Shown in pieces: positions 1-9,144 of a stretch of 43,743 bases of DNA. How positions within the stretch are numbered: the first letter of the stretch is position 1; each line of letters starts with the position of its first letter. The stretch covers positions 1-43,743 of the forward strand of contig CAXGWI010000014.1 of NCBI GenBank assembly GCA_964013405.1. The letters run 5' to 3'. The notes below the pieces were generated by a model. That model saw only the letters and a program-made list of their open reading frames with translations. It ran no database searches and was not told where the DNA came from. The stretch comes from an uncultured Myxococcales bacterium. Lineage in GTDB: Bacteria; Myxococcota; UBA4151. The translations under genes were made by a program, and so were the position numbers.

Positions 1-1535
1 CCGGCCGTTTCTCGCCGATAGCTCGCCTTCAAGCGAAGCCCTGGCGCCCGCAACGTGAACGTGCCCCTCCGCTCCAGTGGGACACCACCGGCCGGCAGAT
101 CGCTGCGCATGCCTGTCACGGCCAGTCGCGCCGCCGGAAGGCCTGGTGTCGTGCCCCCCCCATCGACCAAAGCCCTCACCGGCTTCGCCCCAACGTCTTT
201 GGCCAACGGGACCGAGCGTGTTTTGCCGGCGTCCACGATACCCGCGGGGGTGATGGGTGCAGCGACAGTGTTCAGCGCATCCGAGTCCCCGTCGAAGCCG
301 ATGGAAAACGCGAGCCAACCAAGTCCCAAAAGGAGCGGTAATGCGGCGATGGCCATCGACCAGCGCTGTGGCTTTGGGTCGATCCAGTCCGTTTGTAATG
401 AGTTCTCGGCTTCGGCCGCCTCGCCCGGCCTGCCGGCGACTTGAACCCGGGTGCTGTTGTCTGAACGCTCCCCATGGCCCTCGAGTAAGCCGGTCCAGCC
501 TGGCTCACCTGCTAAGCCCTCGATCAGCGAAGTCGGCAGCTTCAGGGGCCGGGTCTGGTCGGCGGCAAGTCGCCGCAAATCCGCCGGGTCCTGGATCGAC
601 AACAGTGTTTTCTCTAGCTGGATTTGTTCTTCGAAGAGATCCTGGAGCAAGGCCGTCAGATCGGTCGGATCATCCCAGCCCTCGGCCAGTGTTTTCAGGG
701 CCTGAGCAAACGAGGCTGAGGATTCGTATCGGTCCTCGGGCGCCTTCGCTAAAGCCCGACGGAGTACCTTGTTCGCATCCCGCAGGGACGGATTTTCCAG
801 CAACGGCATGGCTGCGCTTTGGATCGCAGCCAGGGTTAAGGCCAGTCCCTCCCGATGGAAGGGATGACTCCCTGCCAGTCCCTCATAAACGACCAGACCG
901 AGGGCGAAGAGATCGCTACTCGCATCTAAGTCTAATCCTTCACTCTGTTCCGGCGACATATACCGGTATTTTCCTTTGAGCATTCCCGTCTGAGTACGCC
1001 CCTGGGCCAACACGCTCTTGGCGATACCGAGATCGATAATCTTTAAGTGGCCATCCCAGCCGATCAAGAGATTCGAAGGATTGATGTCCCGGTGGACCAA
1101 CTGCAGCGGGCTGCCGTCGTGGTCGGTCGCCTTGTGGGCATAGTCTAAGCCCTCGGCTGCTTCGGCCATCGCACGACAGAAAGCCGCCGGGGGCACCGGT
1201 TTCCCAGCGGCTTGAGCCGCATCAAGAAGCTGGCGAAGATTGACCCCCCGCACGTGCTCCATGACCAGATAGTAGTTGCCTTCCCACTCGCCGACCTCAA
1301 GCACCTGGACGATGCGGTCATGGTGTAGACGGGAAGCCAGCCGCGCTTCGGCAAAGAACATCTCCACATATTCGGGCCTGTCGAGATACTGGGGAAGCAT
1401 CCGCTTGAGCACCACGTGCCGAACAAAGCCCTGGGGCCCGCTGCGGCGAGCAACGAAAACCTCCCCCATACCGCCTTGAGCGATTTTATGAAGGAGCAGG
1501 TAATCGGCGAATCGATCGCCAGCTCGAGCGCTCAT
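1..1535 (-). CDS. Hanks-type Ser/Thr protein kinase with a downstream TM helix (runs off the left edge)
   Basis: Not in the ORF track; translated by hand from ATG 1535: MSARAGDRFADYLLLHKIAQGGMGEVF..VVLKR..HRDINPSN..IIDLGIAK..KGKYRYMSPEQ..SDLFALG. A hydrophobic segment (MAIAALPLLLGLGWLAFSIG) follows; no stop found before position 1. Confidence 0.92.
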   Translation of the reverse strand, partial: MSARAGDRFADYLLLHKIAQGGMGEVFVARRSGPQGFVRHVVLKRMLPQYLDRPEYVEMFFAEARLASRLHHDRIVQVLEVGEWEGNYYLVMEHVRGVNLRQLLDAAQAAGKPVPPAAFCRAMAEAAEGLDYAHKATDHDGSPLQLVHRDINPSNLLIGWDGHLKIIDLGIAKSVLAQGRTQTGMLKGKYRYMSPEQSEGLDLDASSDLFALGLVVYEGLAGSHPFHREGLALTLAAIQSAAMPLLENPSLRDANKVLRRALAKAPEDRYESSASFAQALKTLAEGWDDPTDLTALLQDLFEEQIQLEKTLLSIQDPADLRRLAADQTRPLKLPTSLIEGLAGEPGWTGLLEGHGERSDNSTRVQVAGRPGEAAEAENSLQTDWIDPKPQRWSMAIAALPLLLGLGWLAFSIGFDGDSDALNTVAAPITPAGIVDAGKTRSVPLAKDVGAKPVRALVDGGGTTPGLPAARLAVTGMRSDLPAGGVPLERRGTFTLRAPGLRLKASYRRETA

Positions 1536-1546
1536 GCCATGGCTGT

Positions 1547-4500
1547 CTATTTGAAGCGGTTAAGGGTCTCGAGTTCGTCCTGCGCCCGCTCGTAATGCTC
1601 TCCCTGAACCTTCACGCTCTCTTTGAGGTGATCCCGGGCTTTCTCGTAGTTGCCCCGATCCTTATAGAGCATGGCCATGGCGAGCTGGCCGGGCCCGTTG
1701 GTCTTGTCCAGGTCCACACAGCGACGAGCGAATTTCCAAGCTCGTTTGAGTTTGCCACCGTCGACGTAGATTTCCGCACTGCGGCAGTAGGCCGGTGCGT
1801 ACTTCCGATCGACCTTGATCCCCTTCTTATACTCCTTGAGCGCATCACCATTCTTTGCCCAATGGCGATAGATTTCGCCGCGCTGGTAAAAGAGCGGGGC
1901 TTCCTCACCTCGGATACGAATCGCCTGGTCGAGGTCGAGCAGCGCTTCTCGGAACTGACCTTGGTCTCGATAGGCTCGAGCCCGCCATAGCCTCGCATCC
2001 GCATCGCCCGAATCCACACCGATAGACTCACTCAAACGATCCACCGCATCGAGCAGTCGATTCGCCCGGTAGTGGGACTCACCCATCAACAGGAGGGTCC
2101 GGGAGTGTTTCGATCGGAGTTGATCCGCTGTTTGCAGATAACCAAGGGCCTTCTCTGGATCGTCTCGGACGTAGGTTTTCCCGAGCAGGAAGTGTACCTC
2201 GGCATTCTCCCGGTCGAGACCGGCCGCAGTCTGGAGGTGATTACGAGCCTCACCGATGTTGCCTCTCTCGATAAGAAAGTCGGACAACTGAACGTAGAAC
2301 TTGTCTTCGTTGGGCATGACACGAATCGCTCGTTTCATCAGGTTAATCGCTTCGCTATGCCGCTCCATGCTGTCGAGTACGCGGGCCCGCTCCACCATAA
2401 ACTTCGGGTTTCGCTCTTCGATAACGAGGGACTGGTCAATGGACTTAAGGGCTTCCTTACGCCGGCCTTGGAGGAGCAGCGCCTTGGCGAGAAGGTAATG
2501 GGCCCGGGGCTCGTCTGGGTCCGACCGAACGGCCTCACGATAGCTTTTCTCAGCCATCTCGAAGTTCTTCTGACTCTTGTAATAGTCACCCCAACCGATG
2601 AAGACCCAAGGATTCTTCGGATCGACGGTTTCCGCCGCCTTCAAGCGCTTAGTGGCCGTATCAATGTTGTTTTCCTCAAGGTCGATTCGACCCAGCGCAA
2701 CGATGGCTCGCACGTAGCCTGTGTCCACTTTGAGGACCTTCTGGTAGAGGGTTTTCGCGGTTTTCTTGTCCCCCATGAACCAGGTTAATTCAGCCTCCCA
2801 AAAGATCATGGATGGGGTTGGATTCTTCTGCCCGGCCACCAACGCTGCCAGTCTCGTCGCCCCGGCCTCGTACTTGGCCGTCTGAATATAGATGTCAGCG
2901 ATCCCGACGATCCCGTTCTCATTGCCCGGCTCCACCTCCAACAGGCGCTCCCAGGTTTGTTTCGCACCGTCAAAGTCCCCACCGAGCCGCAACACATGGG
3001 CGACTCGGGCGATCAGTTCGGTGTCCTTAGGTAAGTAGGTCAGACCTTTTTCCATGATGCGAGCGGCTTCTGCGTAGTCGCTCCGGAAGACCTGTAACTC
3101 GCCCATGTAGCGGTAGATCTGTCCGGCCCAATCCTTTTTCGCTCGGAGGGCATCGATCGCCTTTTCAGCCTCCTGCAAGGCCCTTTCGATGGGCTCGAGG
3201 TCATCCTCATCGGGGGCTTCATCGAGCAGTTCCATGGCAACTCGGGCTTGGCCTAGCCACGCGTCCGCCCGCGTCGAGTCCCGGTCGGTCACGTTGACGA
3301 AGGCTTCTCTTGCCTCCTCGAAGGCTTTCGAACGCTCGAAGGACCGGGCTGCGGTAAACCAGAGTCGGGCCTCATAATCATCGCCGCTCGCCCCCAAAGC
3401 CAAGTCGAGGTTGCGCTGGATCTCGTCGACCTTCTTCTCCTCGGCCGCGAGCAACATCGCTAGATTAAGAGCCTCTACGTCCTTCGCCCCGAGATAGGGT
3501 GAGAGATATTTCGCCGCCTGGGGTCCTTGGTTTTCCACCATCGCATTGCAGGCGCGAGCGAGATCATAGGCATTACCCCGGATCTGGTCGGCACTGAGCC
3601 CTGCGACTGTTCGCTTGAGCTTTGACCGAGCCAGGGGCTTGCCAAATCGAAGGGCTAACTCACAGTAGAGCCGGGCGAGGGCAACCTTCGACTCAAGGTC
3701 CTGTGGGTTCTGCTTAACCTCCGTCTCCAGCCGAGTCGCCCGGCGTGACGTTCCGTCGAGACTATCCTTTTTGAGGACATCATCGATGGCCGCGAACTTG
3801 CTGACTTGGACGACGATCGCTCCGTCACCACCGGTGCCGGCAGCACCAAAGCTGACCCAACCCATCCACCAAGCACCACCGACCAAAAGGAGAAGAAGAC
3901 CCAGGCCTCCACCGATGACACGCAGGTTCGGCCCCTTGCGCTTGACCTGAGCGATGACGGCACCATCTCCAGCCACGCCGGCCGCCTGAGCGGCAACTTC
4001 GGCTAACTCCGGCAGTTCCTCCTCACTGGGATCAGCGAAGGGGAACGCTGGCGCGTCCATCGCGCCACTTTCCACCAATTGGGTTTGGTCCACCTGGCCA
4101 GCGAATGCAGGGTGTTGCGCAAGGATCGACCAATTCTCGTCGTCGGTACTAACCTCTTCGGCACCAAGGAGCATGCCGGAACTGAGCATGTTCTCGATCT
4201 GGGATGCCGTGTACGGACCGAGGATATCGCCGCCTGACGTCCGCACGGAATAGCTTTCTTCAGCGGGCTCGGCGAGGAACTCGTCGAGGTCCCCGTCGAG
4301 AATATCGAGAAGAGGATCCTCCGCAACGACGCTCCGTTCCACTGGGTCATCGATGGTCGCGACAGCACCGACGTCCTCATCACCGAAGAGGTCGTCAAAT
4401 GCGGCATCCCCGCCACCGCCACCGCCACCGGTGTCGACATCGTCATCACCGAAGAGATCATCGAAGCCGAGACCTCCTCCTTCGTCGCCGCTTGCCGGGG

Positions 4501-4744
4501 CCGGTTCAGGGGCAGGCCCACCACCACCGGGTAAGGGCACGATGTCTAAGCCATCATCCTCAAGAGAGGGCAGCGCGATCACAGGTATCTCGTCTGCATC
4601 GGCAAGAACCGTGTCATCGCTATGAAGGTCTGGCGCTGAAGGTGCGGATGCGTCCCCTGCTCCAGGTAGAGGAATGAGTTCCTCGTCCATCAGAGCACTT
4701 AGGTCCGCGAGCAGATCGTCGCCGCCATTTTTATCGTCGCTCAC
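1547..4744 (-). CDS. Large single-pass membrane TPR-repeat protein with an acidic low-complexity N-terminus and a GYF_2-like domain
   Basis: 1065-aa ORF, GTG start with GGGAG SD. D/E/G-rich N-terminus, GYF_2-like segment (ILGPYTASQIENMLSSGML..EEVS..W), TM helix (GLGLLLLLVGGAWWMGWV), then many TPR-like helical repeats. Confidence 0.85.
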   Translation of the reverse strand: MSDDKNGGDDLLADLSALMDEELIPLPGAGDASAPSAPDLHSDDTVLADADEIPVIALPSLEDDGLDIVPLPGGGGPAPEPAPASGDEGGGLGFDDLFGDDDVDTGGGGGGGDAAFDDLFGDEDVGAVATIDDPVERSVVAEDPLLDILDGDLDEFLAEPAEESYSVRTSGGDILGPYTASQIENMLSSGMLLGAEEVSTDDENWSILAQHPAFAGQVDQTQLVESGAMDAPAFPFADPSEEELPELAEVAAQAAGVAGDGAVIAQVKRKGPNLRVIGGGLGLLLLLVGGAWWMGWVSFGAAGTGGDGAIVVQVSKFAAIDDVLKKDSLDGTSRRATRLETEVKQNPQDLESKVALARLYCELALRFGKPLARSKLKRTVAGLSADQIRGNAYDLARACNAMVENQGPQAAKYLSPYLGAKDVEALNLAMLLAAEEKKVDEIQRNLDLALGASGDDYEARLWFTAARSFERSKAFEEAREAFVNVTDRDSTRADAWLGQARVAMELLDEAPDEDDLEPIERALQEAEKAIDALRAKKDWAGQIYRYMGELQVFRSDYAEAARIMEKGLTYLPKDTELIARVAHVLRLGGDFDGAKQTWERLLEVEPGNENGIVGIADIYIQTAKYEAGATRLAALVAGQKNPTPSMIFWEAELTWFMGDKKTAKTLYQKVLKVDTGYVRAIVALGRIDLEENNIDTATKRLKAAETVDPKNPWVFIGWGDYYKSQKNFEMAEKSYREAVRSDPDEPRAHYLLAKALLLQGRRKEALKSIDQSLVIEERNPKFMVERARVLDSMERHSEAINLMKRAIRVMPNEDKFYVQLSDFLIERGNIGEARNHLQTAAGLDRENAEVHFLLGKTYVRDDPEKALGYLQTADQLRSKHSRTLLLMGESHYRANRLLDAVDRLSESIGVDSGDADARLWRARAYRDQGQFREALLDLDQAIRIRGEEAPLFYQRGEIYRHWAKNGDALKEYKKGIKVDRKYAPAYCRSAEIYVDGGKLKRAWKFARRCVDLDKTNGPGQLAMAMLYKDRGNYEKARDHLKESVKVQGEHYERAQDELETLNRFK

Positions 4745-4839
4745 ATTCGCTCCCGATCATCGAGTTTCGGCCCCGGGGGCCAAGCCACATCGACTAGACC
4801 ACCACTGTCGCCTTGCGTCAAACATTGCGAATGCACTGA

Positions 4840-4868
4840 TTGACCCCTTGCCCACTGTGGCCCACACT
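4840..4868 (+). promoter_or_regulatory. Possible sigma70-type promoter
   Basis: TTGACC (4840-4845), 17 nt spacer, CACACT (4863-4868); lies 6 nt before ATG 4875. Confidence 0.35.
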
Positions 4869-4874
4869 GACGCT

Positions 4875-5774
4875 ATGGCAACCCATCGAAACGCCCTTTT
4901 GTTTCCGATGCTCCTCATCGCCTGTACGGGCGGTGGCGAATTCATCGCGAATCGGGCCCCCCAGGCCTTTGCAGGCTTCGATCAAATAAGCCCATCGGGG
5001 GCAACGCTGATTCTCGATGGGCGTCAAAGCAGCGATCCAGATGGCAATGCGCTTGTCTTCGCCTGGACGCTGCTGGAACCCTTAGATGGATCGGTTGTGC
5101 TCGATGATGGTGACGGGCCCAGCCCAAGTCTCACTGGGAGCCCCGGCTTCTCCGGGCGCAGTATCGTTCAACTCATCGTGAGTGATGGGGTAGAATCATC
5201 GTTCCCCGATTTGGTGGCCATCCATTTTTCGGCCACGGCCAGTTCCCTCCCGGTGGCCAGGGCCGGCAATAACTTTCTCCACCCAGACCCAACGGAACCC
5301 CTCGTGCTGAGGAGTGAAACTGCGGGAACCGACCTCGAACAACGCTGGCTCCACATTCTGGGCCCCAGCGAGGACCTCCTTGCCATCGAGCCGGGCCCCG
5401 AGGCAGAGGTCGACGAACTTATTGAAGGCCCATACCTTTTTGCCCTTTTGGTCGAGGATACCCACGGCGTCTCACTGCCCGACTTTCTCGCTGTCGCCGT
5501 CGGTCCATCCTTCACAGCGAGCGATTTACCTCAGATCACGGGCCCCAACCGAACAACGATCGGTGTCGACACAGTTTTTCGAGCCACCCACAGCGAGGCC
5601 GGTCACTGGTCCATCGTGAACGCACCGGGCGACCCCCCTCTCCTCAATGATCCAGAGCCCCTCGGTGCGGGGGCCACAAGTATCCGACTTACCTTCGAGG
5701 CCAGAGGTCGGTATGTAATCAGCGTCACCGCAGCATCTGGTCTGACCGACTGGCATGCGCTGGAGGTTCTATGA
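4875..5774 (+). CDS. Putative lipoprotein with PKD/K319-like Ig-fold repeats
   Basis: Start moved to ATG 4875, giving lipobox LLIAC. Motifs 'NRAPQAFAGFDQ..LILDGRQSSDPDGNALVFAW' and 'LPVARAG' are typical of PKD-like repeats. Confidence 0.75.
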   Translation: MATHRNALLFPMLLIACTGGGEFIANRAPQAFAGFDQISPSGATLILDGRQSSDPDGNALVFAWTLLEPLDGSVVLDDGDGPSPSLTGSPGFSGRSIVQLIVSDGVESSFPDLVAIHFSATASSLPVARAGNNFLHPDPTEPLVLRSETAGTDLEQRWLHILGPSEDLLAIEPGPEAEVDELIEGPYLFALLVEDTHGVSLPDFLAVAVGPSFTASDLPQITGPNRTTIGVDTVFRATHSEAGHWSIVNAPGDPPLLNDPEPLGAGATSIRLTFEARGRYVISVTAASGLTDWHALEVL

Positions 5775-6904
5775 TGACGACGAGTCTACTTTCCTGCCTT
5801 CTTTTTGCGACGCCGGCCGCGGTCGCACCAGCCAATGGTGTCGAGGCGGCCGTAGGCCCAGAAGGCACTTATCATCTCTTCAAGGGGAACGCCCCGGCCC
5901 TCTACGAACTGACCGGTCCCGGCACCGTGAAGGTTCATGTTCGTCGAGCCCAAACGACCCAAGGACCAGAAAAGATTCGAGTGCTCGGTCTCATCGATGG
6001 CGAAGAAGTGTGGGCGACCGTCCTGGGTAATGGGACCGACGAGGCCAGCGGCCTCCCGGCCGCCGGAAAACTTCAGCAGGGCGAATTCAAGATTGGCGCC
6101 GGACCGAAGACCCTGGTCTTACGGGTCCCCGACGCTGATGCCGGTGGTTTTCATGTGCTGCTCATGCTTCAGGCAGCGCCCCAAGAAGCGCCGAAGCCGA
6201 TTAACCTAGATCAACCAGCCCTTGCGCCCATGCCGCCTGCAGCACCGGCAGCAGTGGCCGCGGCACCGGAGGCTCCGGAGGCTCCGCCTGCTCCCACCGC
6301 ACCCGCGGCGGCGAGCACACCCTCTGAGCCCGCAGCGCCTCCAGCACCGGCGGCCCCAGCAGCAACAGCCGCGACACCGGGCAAGGGCCTGGCCTTACGG
6401 GTCCATGCAGCGCTCGTAAACTCGCTCGTCTTCGGTGGCCTCAACTCGACCGGCAGTGAACTCCGGCTGGGCGCCGATGCAGCGATGGCTGGCGGTCAGC
6501 TCGGTGTTCGCATCGGCGTGACTGGAGCCAGTGCCCAAGGCATGCTCGCTCCCTCGGTTGCGGGGTTGAGCGCGAGCGGTGCCGATAAGGCCTCCTCGAT
6601 GACCAAAATCTCGAGCACGCAAATCCCGGTCACGCTTCGCTACGGCCTCAAACTCCCTGGGACTTCACTGCATGTAAATGCGCAAGGCGGTGTCGTCCTC
6701 GGTAGCCTTTCGGGCTCGATCGCAGAGGGTGAATCCCAAGGTGGCGGTGCTTTTGGCCTGGCCGGTTCTCTGGGCGCTTCCGTGAGCTTACCCGCTGGAC
6801 TTGAGGTCGGCATCGAGTTGGGTGGCAGAAGCCTTTCGAATGCAATTGGTAGCAGCAGCACAGCGGCACTGGGTGTCGGAATCGGCTACGCTTACGATCT
6901 GTGA
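5771..6904 (+). CDS. Secreted protein with N-terminal domain, Pro/Ala linker and probable C-terminal outer-membrane beta-barrel
   Basis: Signal peptide, PAAP-rich linker, Gly-rich alternating beta-strands ending LGVGIGYAYDL; ATGA overlap with the upstream gene. Confidence 0.65.
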   Translation: MMTTSLLSCLLFATPAAVAPANGVEAAVGPEGTYHLFKGNAPALYELTGPGTVKVHVRRAQTTQGPEKIRVLGLIDGEEVWATVLGNGTDEASGLPAAGKLQQGEFKIGAGPKTLVLRVPDADAGGFHVLLMLQAAPQEAPKPINLDQPALAPMPPAAPAAVAAAPEAPEAPPAPTAPAAASTPSEPAAPPAPAAPAATAATPGKGLALRVHAALVNSLVFGGLNSTGSELRLGADAAMAGGQLGVRIGVTGASAQGMLAPSVAGLSASGADKASSMTKISSTQIPVTLRYGLKLPGTSLHVNAQGGVVLGSLSGSIAEGESQGGGAFGLAGSLGASVSLPAGLEVGIELGGRSLSNAIGSSSTAALGVGIGYAYDL

Positions 6905-7305
6905 GAACCTGCCTTCTTAGTTTGTTGTTCGCCGCCTCCTGCGCTGCGCCAGCAGAGGTCATTGTCCAGGCCCCCGCTGCCTTGGTGGACAGCTATCCTG
7001 GCAACGGCGCCGTCTTACCCGCTGACCAAGTATCGCCTTTGTTGCTCATCTTCAGTTCGGAGTTGGATGGGGACGGTGAGTTTACCCGCCACCTAACACT
7101 GTCGGTCATGGGGGAAGACGCCCTCCTTCCCATCGTTTCCTGTGAGCGCTCCGAAGCGACCTTGCTGACCTGCCCCTTGGGTGTCCCTCCCCGACCAGAG
7201 ACCCGTTATGAGTTGGCGATCAGCCCCGATCTCCCCTTCGCATCTGGGCAAACACTTGGGGTAGGCTACTCTCGGTGGTTCGAGACCACAGCGAACGATG
7301 ACTAG
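6901..7305 (+). CDS. Small lipoprotein with Ig-like (Big_5-like) domain
   Basis: Lipobox FAASC; 'VDSYPGNGA..LLLIFSSELD..TRYELAI..WFET' pattern; GTGA overlap. Confidence 0.7.
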   Translation: MRTCLLSLLFAASCAAPAEVIVQAPAALVDSYPGNGAVLPADQVSPLLLIFSSELDGDGEFTRHLTLSVMGEDALLPIVSCERSEATLLTCPLGVPPRPETRYELAISPDLPFASGQTLGVGYSRWFETTANDD

Positions 7306-8150
7306 TCGACCAAGCCCCGCAGCACACGTAACGAGCTAAATCCGCCCCAACGCAACGGGGCATTCGACTGACTCGCAACGAAGAGAATCAGCCGCCCCGA
7401 CGAGAAACCAACCGGTCGCTTAACGAGGACGTCTGGGCGCCCCGATTCCCGCAGGCGCAGGGCATCGTCACTGATGGTCAACTCGACCTCGACTCGACCG
7501 ATCGAACGCCCTTCCTTACCCCGCTCAGGCCAGCCCTCCAGGTCTTCCCAGACCGTGCTCTTGGCCTTCCGCAGACGCATCACACGGCGGGCCTGGGCAC
7601 CGGGGGGTACACCGGCAAAGAACAAGGCTAGATTCCGTTCCGCTAAACGCGGATCACTTGCTAGGTCAAAGCCCTCGGGCACCAACAGCAAACCCACACT
7701 CAAGTAACTGGCATTCTTCTTCTCGAGCCAATCCATTGCCACCCGGATCGTGATCGGGTCCTCTGACCAGTCCAGAACCTCCCTGTGTACCAGGCCGTTG
7801 ACCGACATCTCGCCCGGTTTCCGTTTGAGTGTATCCAGGCCCATGCGAAGGGCTGATGCTTCAAACCGCTGGGGTGCCTCCCCCGGCTCAAGGTGGGTTA
7901 ACCTCGAAGTCCAAAGCTTCGAGAGTGAGGGCCCCGACAAGGGGTCTTCAAAAAGAAGGACCGCAGACGACGCTGGTTTGGCCGCCGCCGGGGGCGCCGG
8001 TTGGGTACCGACCGCAACCGCGGCATCAAGGGGCGGGACAAGCCCTAGATCCCTCGCAGGCTCCGGTGCGCTCTGATTCTGGCAGGCCGCGACCAGAAGC
8101 AGGCAGCTAGTCCGCGACCAACCGATAAACACCGTACGCTGCCACCGCAA
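7302..8150 (-). CDS. Hypothetical lipoprotein, possibly with a beta-sandwich domain; start uncertain (TTG 8150 or GTG 8132)
   Basis: 282-aa ORF with lipobox LVAAC and a P/A linker; its stop overlaps the convergent gene's stop (CTAG 7302-7305). Confidence 0.6.
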   Translation of the reverse strand: MRWQRTVFIGWSRTSCLLLVAACQNQSAPEPARDLGLVPPLDAAVAVGTQPAPPAAAKPASSAVLLFEDPLSGPSLSKLWTSRLTHLEPGEAPQRFEASALRMGLDTLKRKPGEMSVNGLVHREVLDWSEDPITIRVAMDWLEKKNASYLSVGLLLVPEGFDLASDPRLAERNLALFFAGVPPGAQARRVMRLRKAKSTVWEDLEGWPERGKEGRSIGRVEVELTISDDALRLRESGRPDVLVKRPVGFSSGRLILFVASQSNAPLRWGGFSSLRVLRGLVD

Positions 8151-8967
8151 TTCCCGTGATACCTACCACGTCGGCCAACTGCCGATTGCGGAGAAATTCC
8201 TGTGATGTCTGGTCGTACAGGGGTCCCTTTTCAATGCCGGCTTCAAGCTGCTTATGCAGATCGGCTGCCTTCGTCCCAAAGGTTCCATAGCCCCCAGCAG
8301 TAATCGCCGCCCCCACACCGATCAACACGTAAGGCACTGTTTTGCTCTTGCCGGCAGGGGCTGCTGCCACCGCGGGTGCTGTGTCTGCGGCGGGTGCTGC
8401 TTCGGCAGGGGCTGCTTCAGCAGGGGCTGCCTCAGTTGTAGGAGCCGCTTCAGCCGAAGCCGCTGCTTCGCCGGCAGGAGCTGCTTCAGGCTCAGGCTCA
8501 GGCTCCGGTTCAGGCTCCGGTTCGGGTTCGGGAGGTACCACCTTGGGAAGGAGGGCGACCGCCTTTGCAGCAACCCCACTGCCCAGTTTCCCGCCAGCGA
8601 CGCCCATGTGCTTGCCGTCGCTCACCACATGGACGGAGACGTAGACTTTCCGTTTCACCTTGCTCACATGTGTAATCACAACGTGGCCACCCACTTTCGC
8701 CGCTGCTTTTTTTAGACAGGCCTTTGTCCGCTTACCTCGACACCGAGCCGCTTGTTTCAGCAGTTTCTTTCCGCCCACGAGCTTGGTCGTGTGTCCTGCC
8801 TCGGTGAGGGCAGCGATCAACTTCGCTTGGAAGCCCTTGGCCTGTTTGCGGGGAGCACGTTTCCCTCGCCCTTTTGCAGCCGCTGGAAAGACGGAGACCT
8901 CCGCTGCCTGAGCATCCAGCGCCAGGCCTATGGAACAGAGAGCGATCGTAAGTAGCCGCAAGCGCAT
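8107..8967 (-). CDS. Exported protein with Lys-rich N-domain, (PE)n/Ala linker and C-terminal hydrophobic helices
   Basis: Signal peptide ending AQA, AAGGA SD, PEPEPE repeat, two C-terminal hydrophobic segments. Confidence 0.75.
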   Translation of the reverse strand: MRLRLLTIALCSIGLALDAQAAEVSVFPAAAKGRGKRAPRKQAKGFQAKLIAALTEAGHTTKLVGGKKLLKQAARCRGKRTKACLKKAAAKVGGHVVITHVSKVKRKVYVSVHVVSDGKHMGVAGGKLGSGVAAKAVALLPKVVPPEPEPEPEPEPEPEPEAAPAGEAAASAEAAPTTEAAPAEAAPAEAAPAADTAPAVAAAPAGKSKTVPYVLIGVGAAITAGGYGTFGTKAADLHKQLEAGIEKGPLYDQTSQEFLRNRQLADVVGITGIAVAAYGVYRLVAD

Positions 8968-9087
8968 ATTGATTCCTTAGAATTTAGGCTGAGCTAGCTT
9001 CTTCCGACTCGGAGAAAAAGACAAGAAAGCTCCGTGACCAGAGCTTAGGGGCTCACGCGCCACGATCTAAGGGACTTTTCCACTAGA

Positions 9088-9128
9088 CAGCCTACCGCTC
9101 GGTCAGTATCAGCCTACCGCTCGGTAGG
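9088..9128. promoter_or_regulatory. Tandem palindromic operator (TetR-like) overlapping a putative promoter
   Basis: CAGCCTACCGCTCGGT occurs at 9088-9103 and 9110-9125. The second copy forms CCTACCG-CT-CGGTAGG (9113-9128). TAGACA-17-TATCAG at 9084-9112. Confidence 0.7.
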
Positions 9129-9144
9129 TTCCAAAGGAAAAGCC

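Noticed and set aside
4674..4874. N-terminal extension of the PKD lipoprotein ORF
   Set aside because: Overlaps the divergent TPR gene; the signal peptide and lipobox begin at 4875.
8485..8535. PEPEPE repeat as a possible PEP-CTERM signal or DNA repeat element
   Set aside because: It is an internal linker with varied synonymous codons, not directly followed by a terminal TM and basic tail.
9088..9125. Direct repeat as a mini-CRISPR
   Set aside because: Only two 16-bp copies with a 6-nt gap and no cas genes; it fits an operator better.
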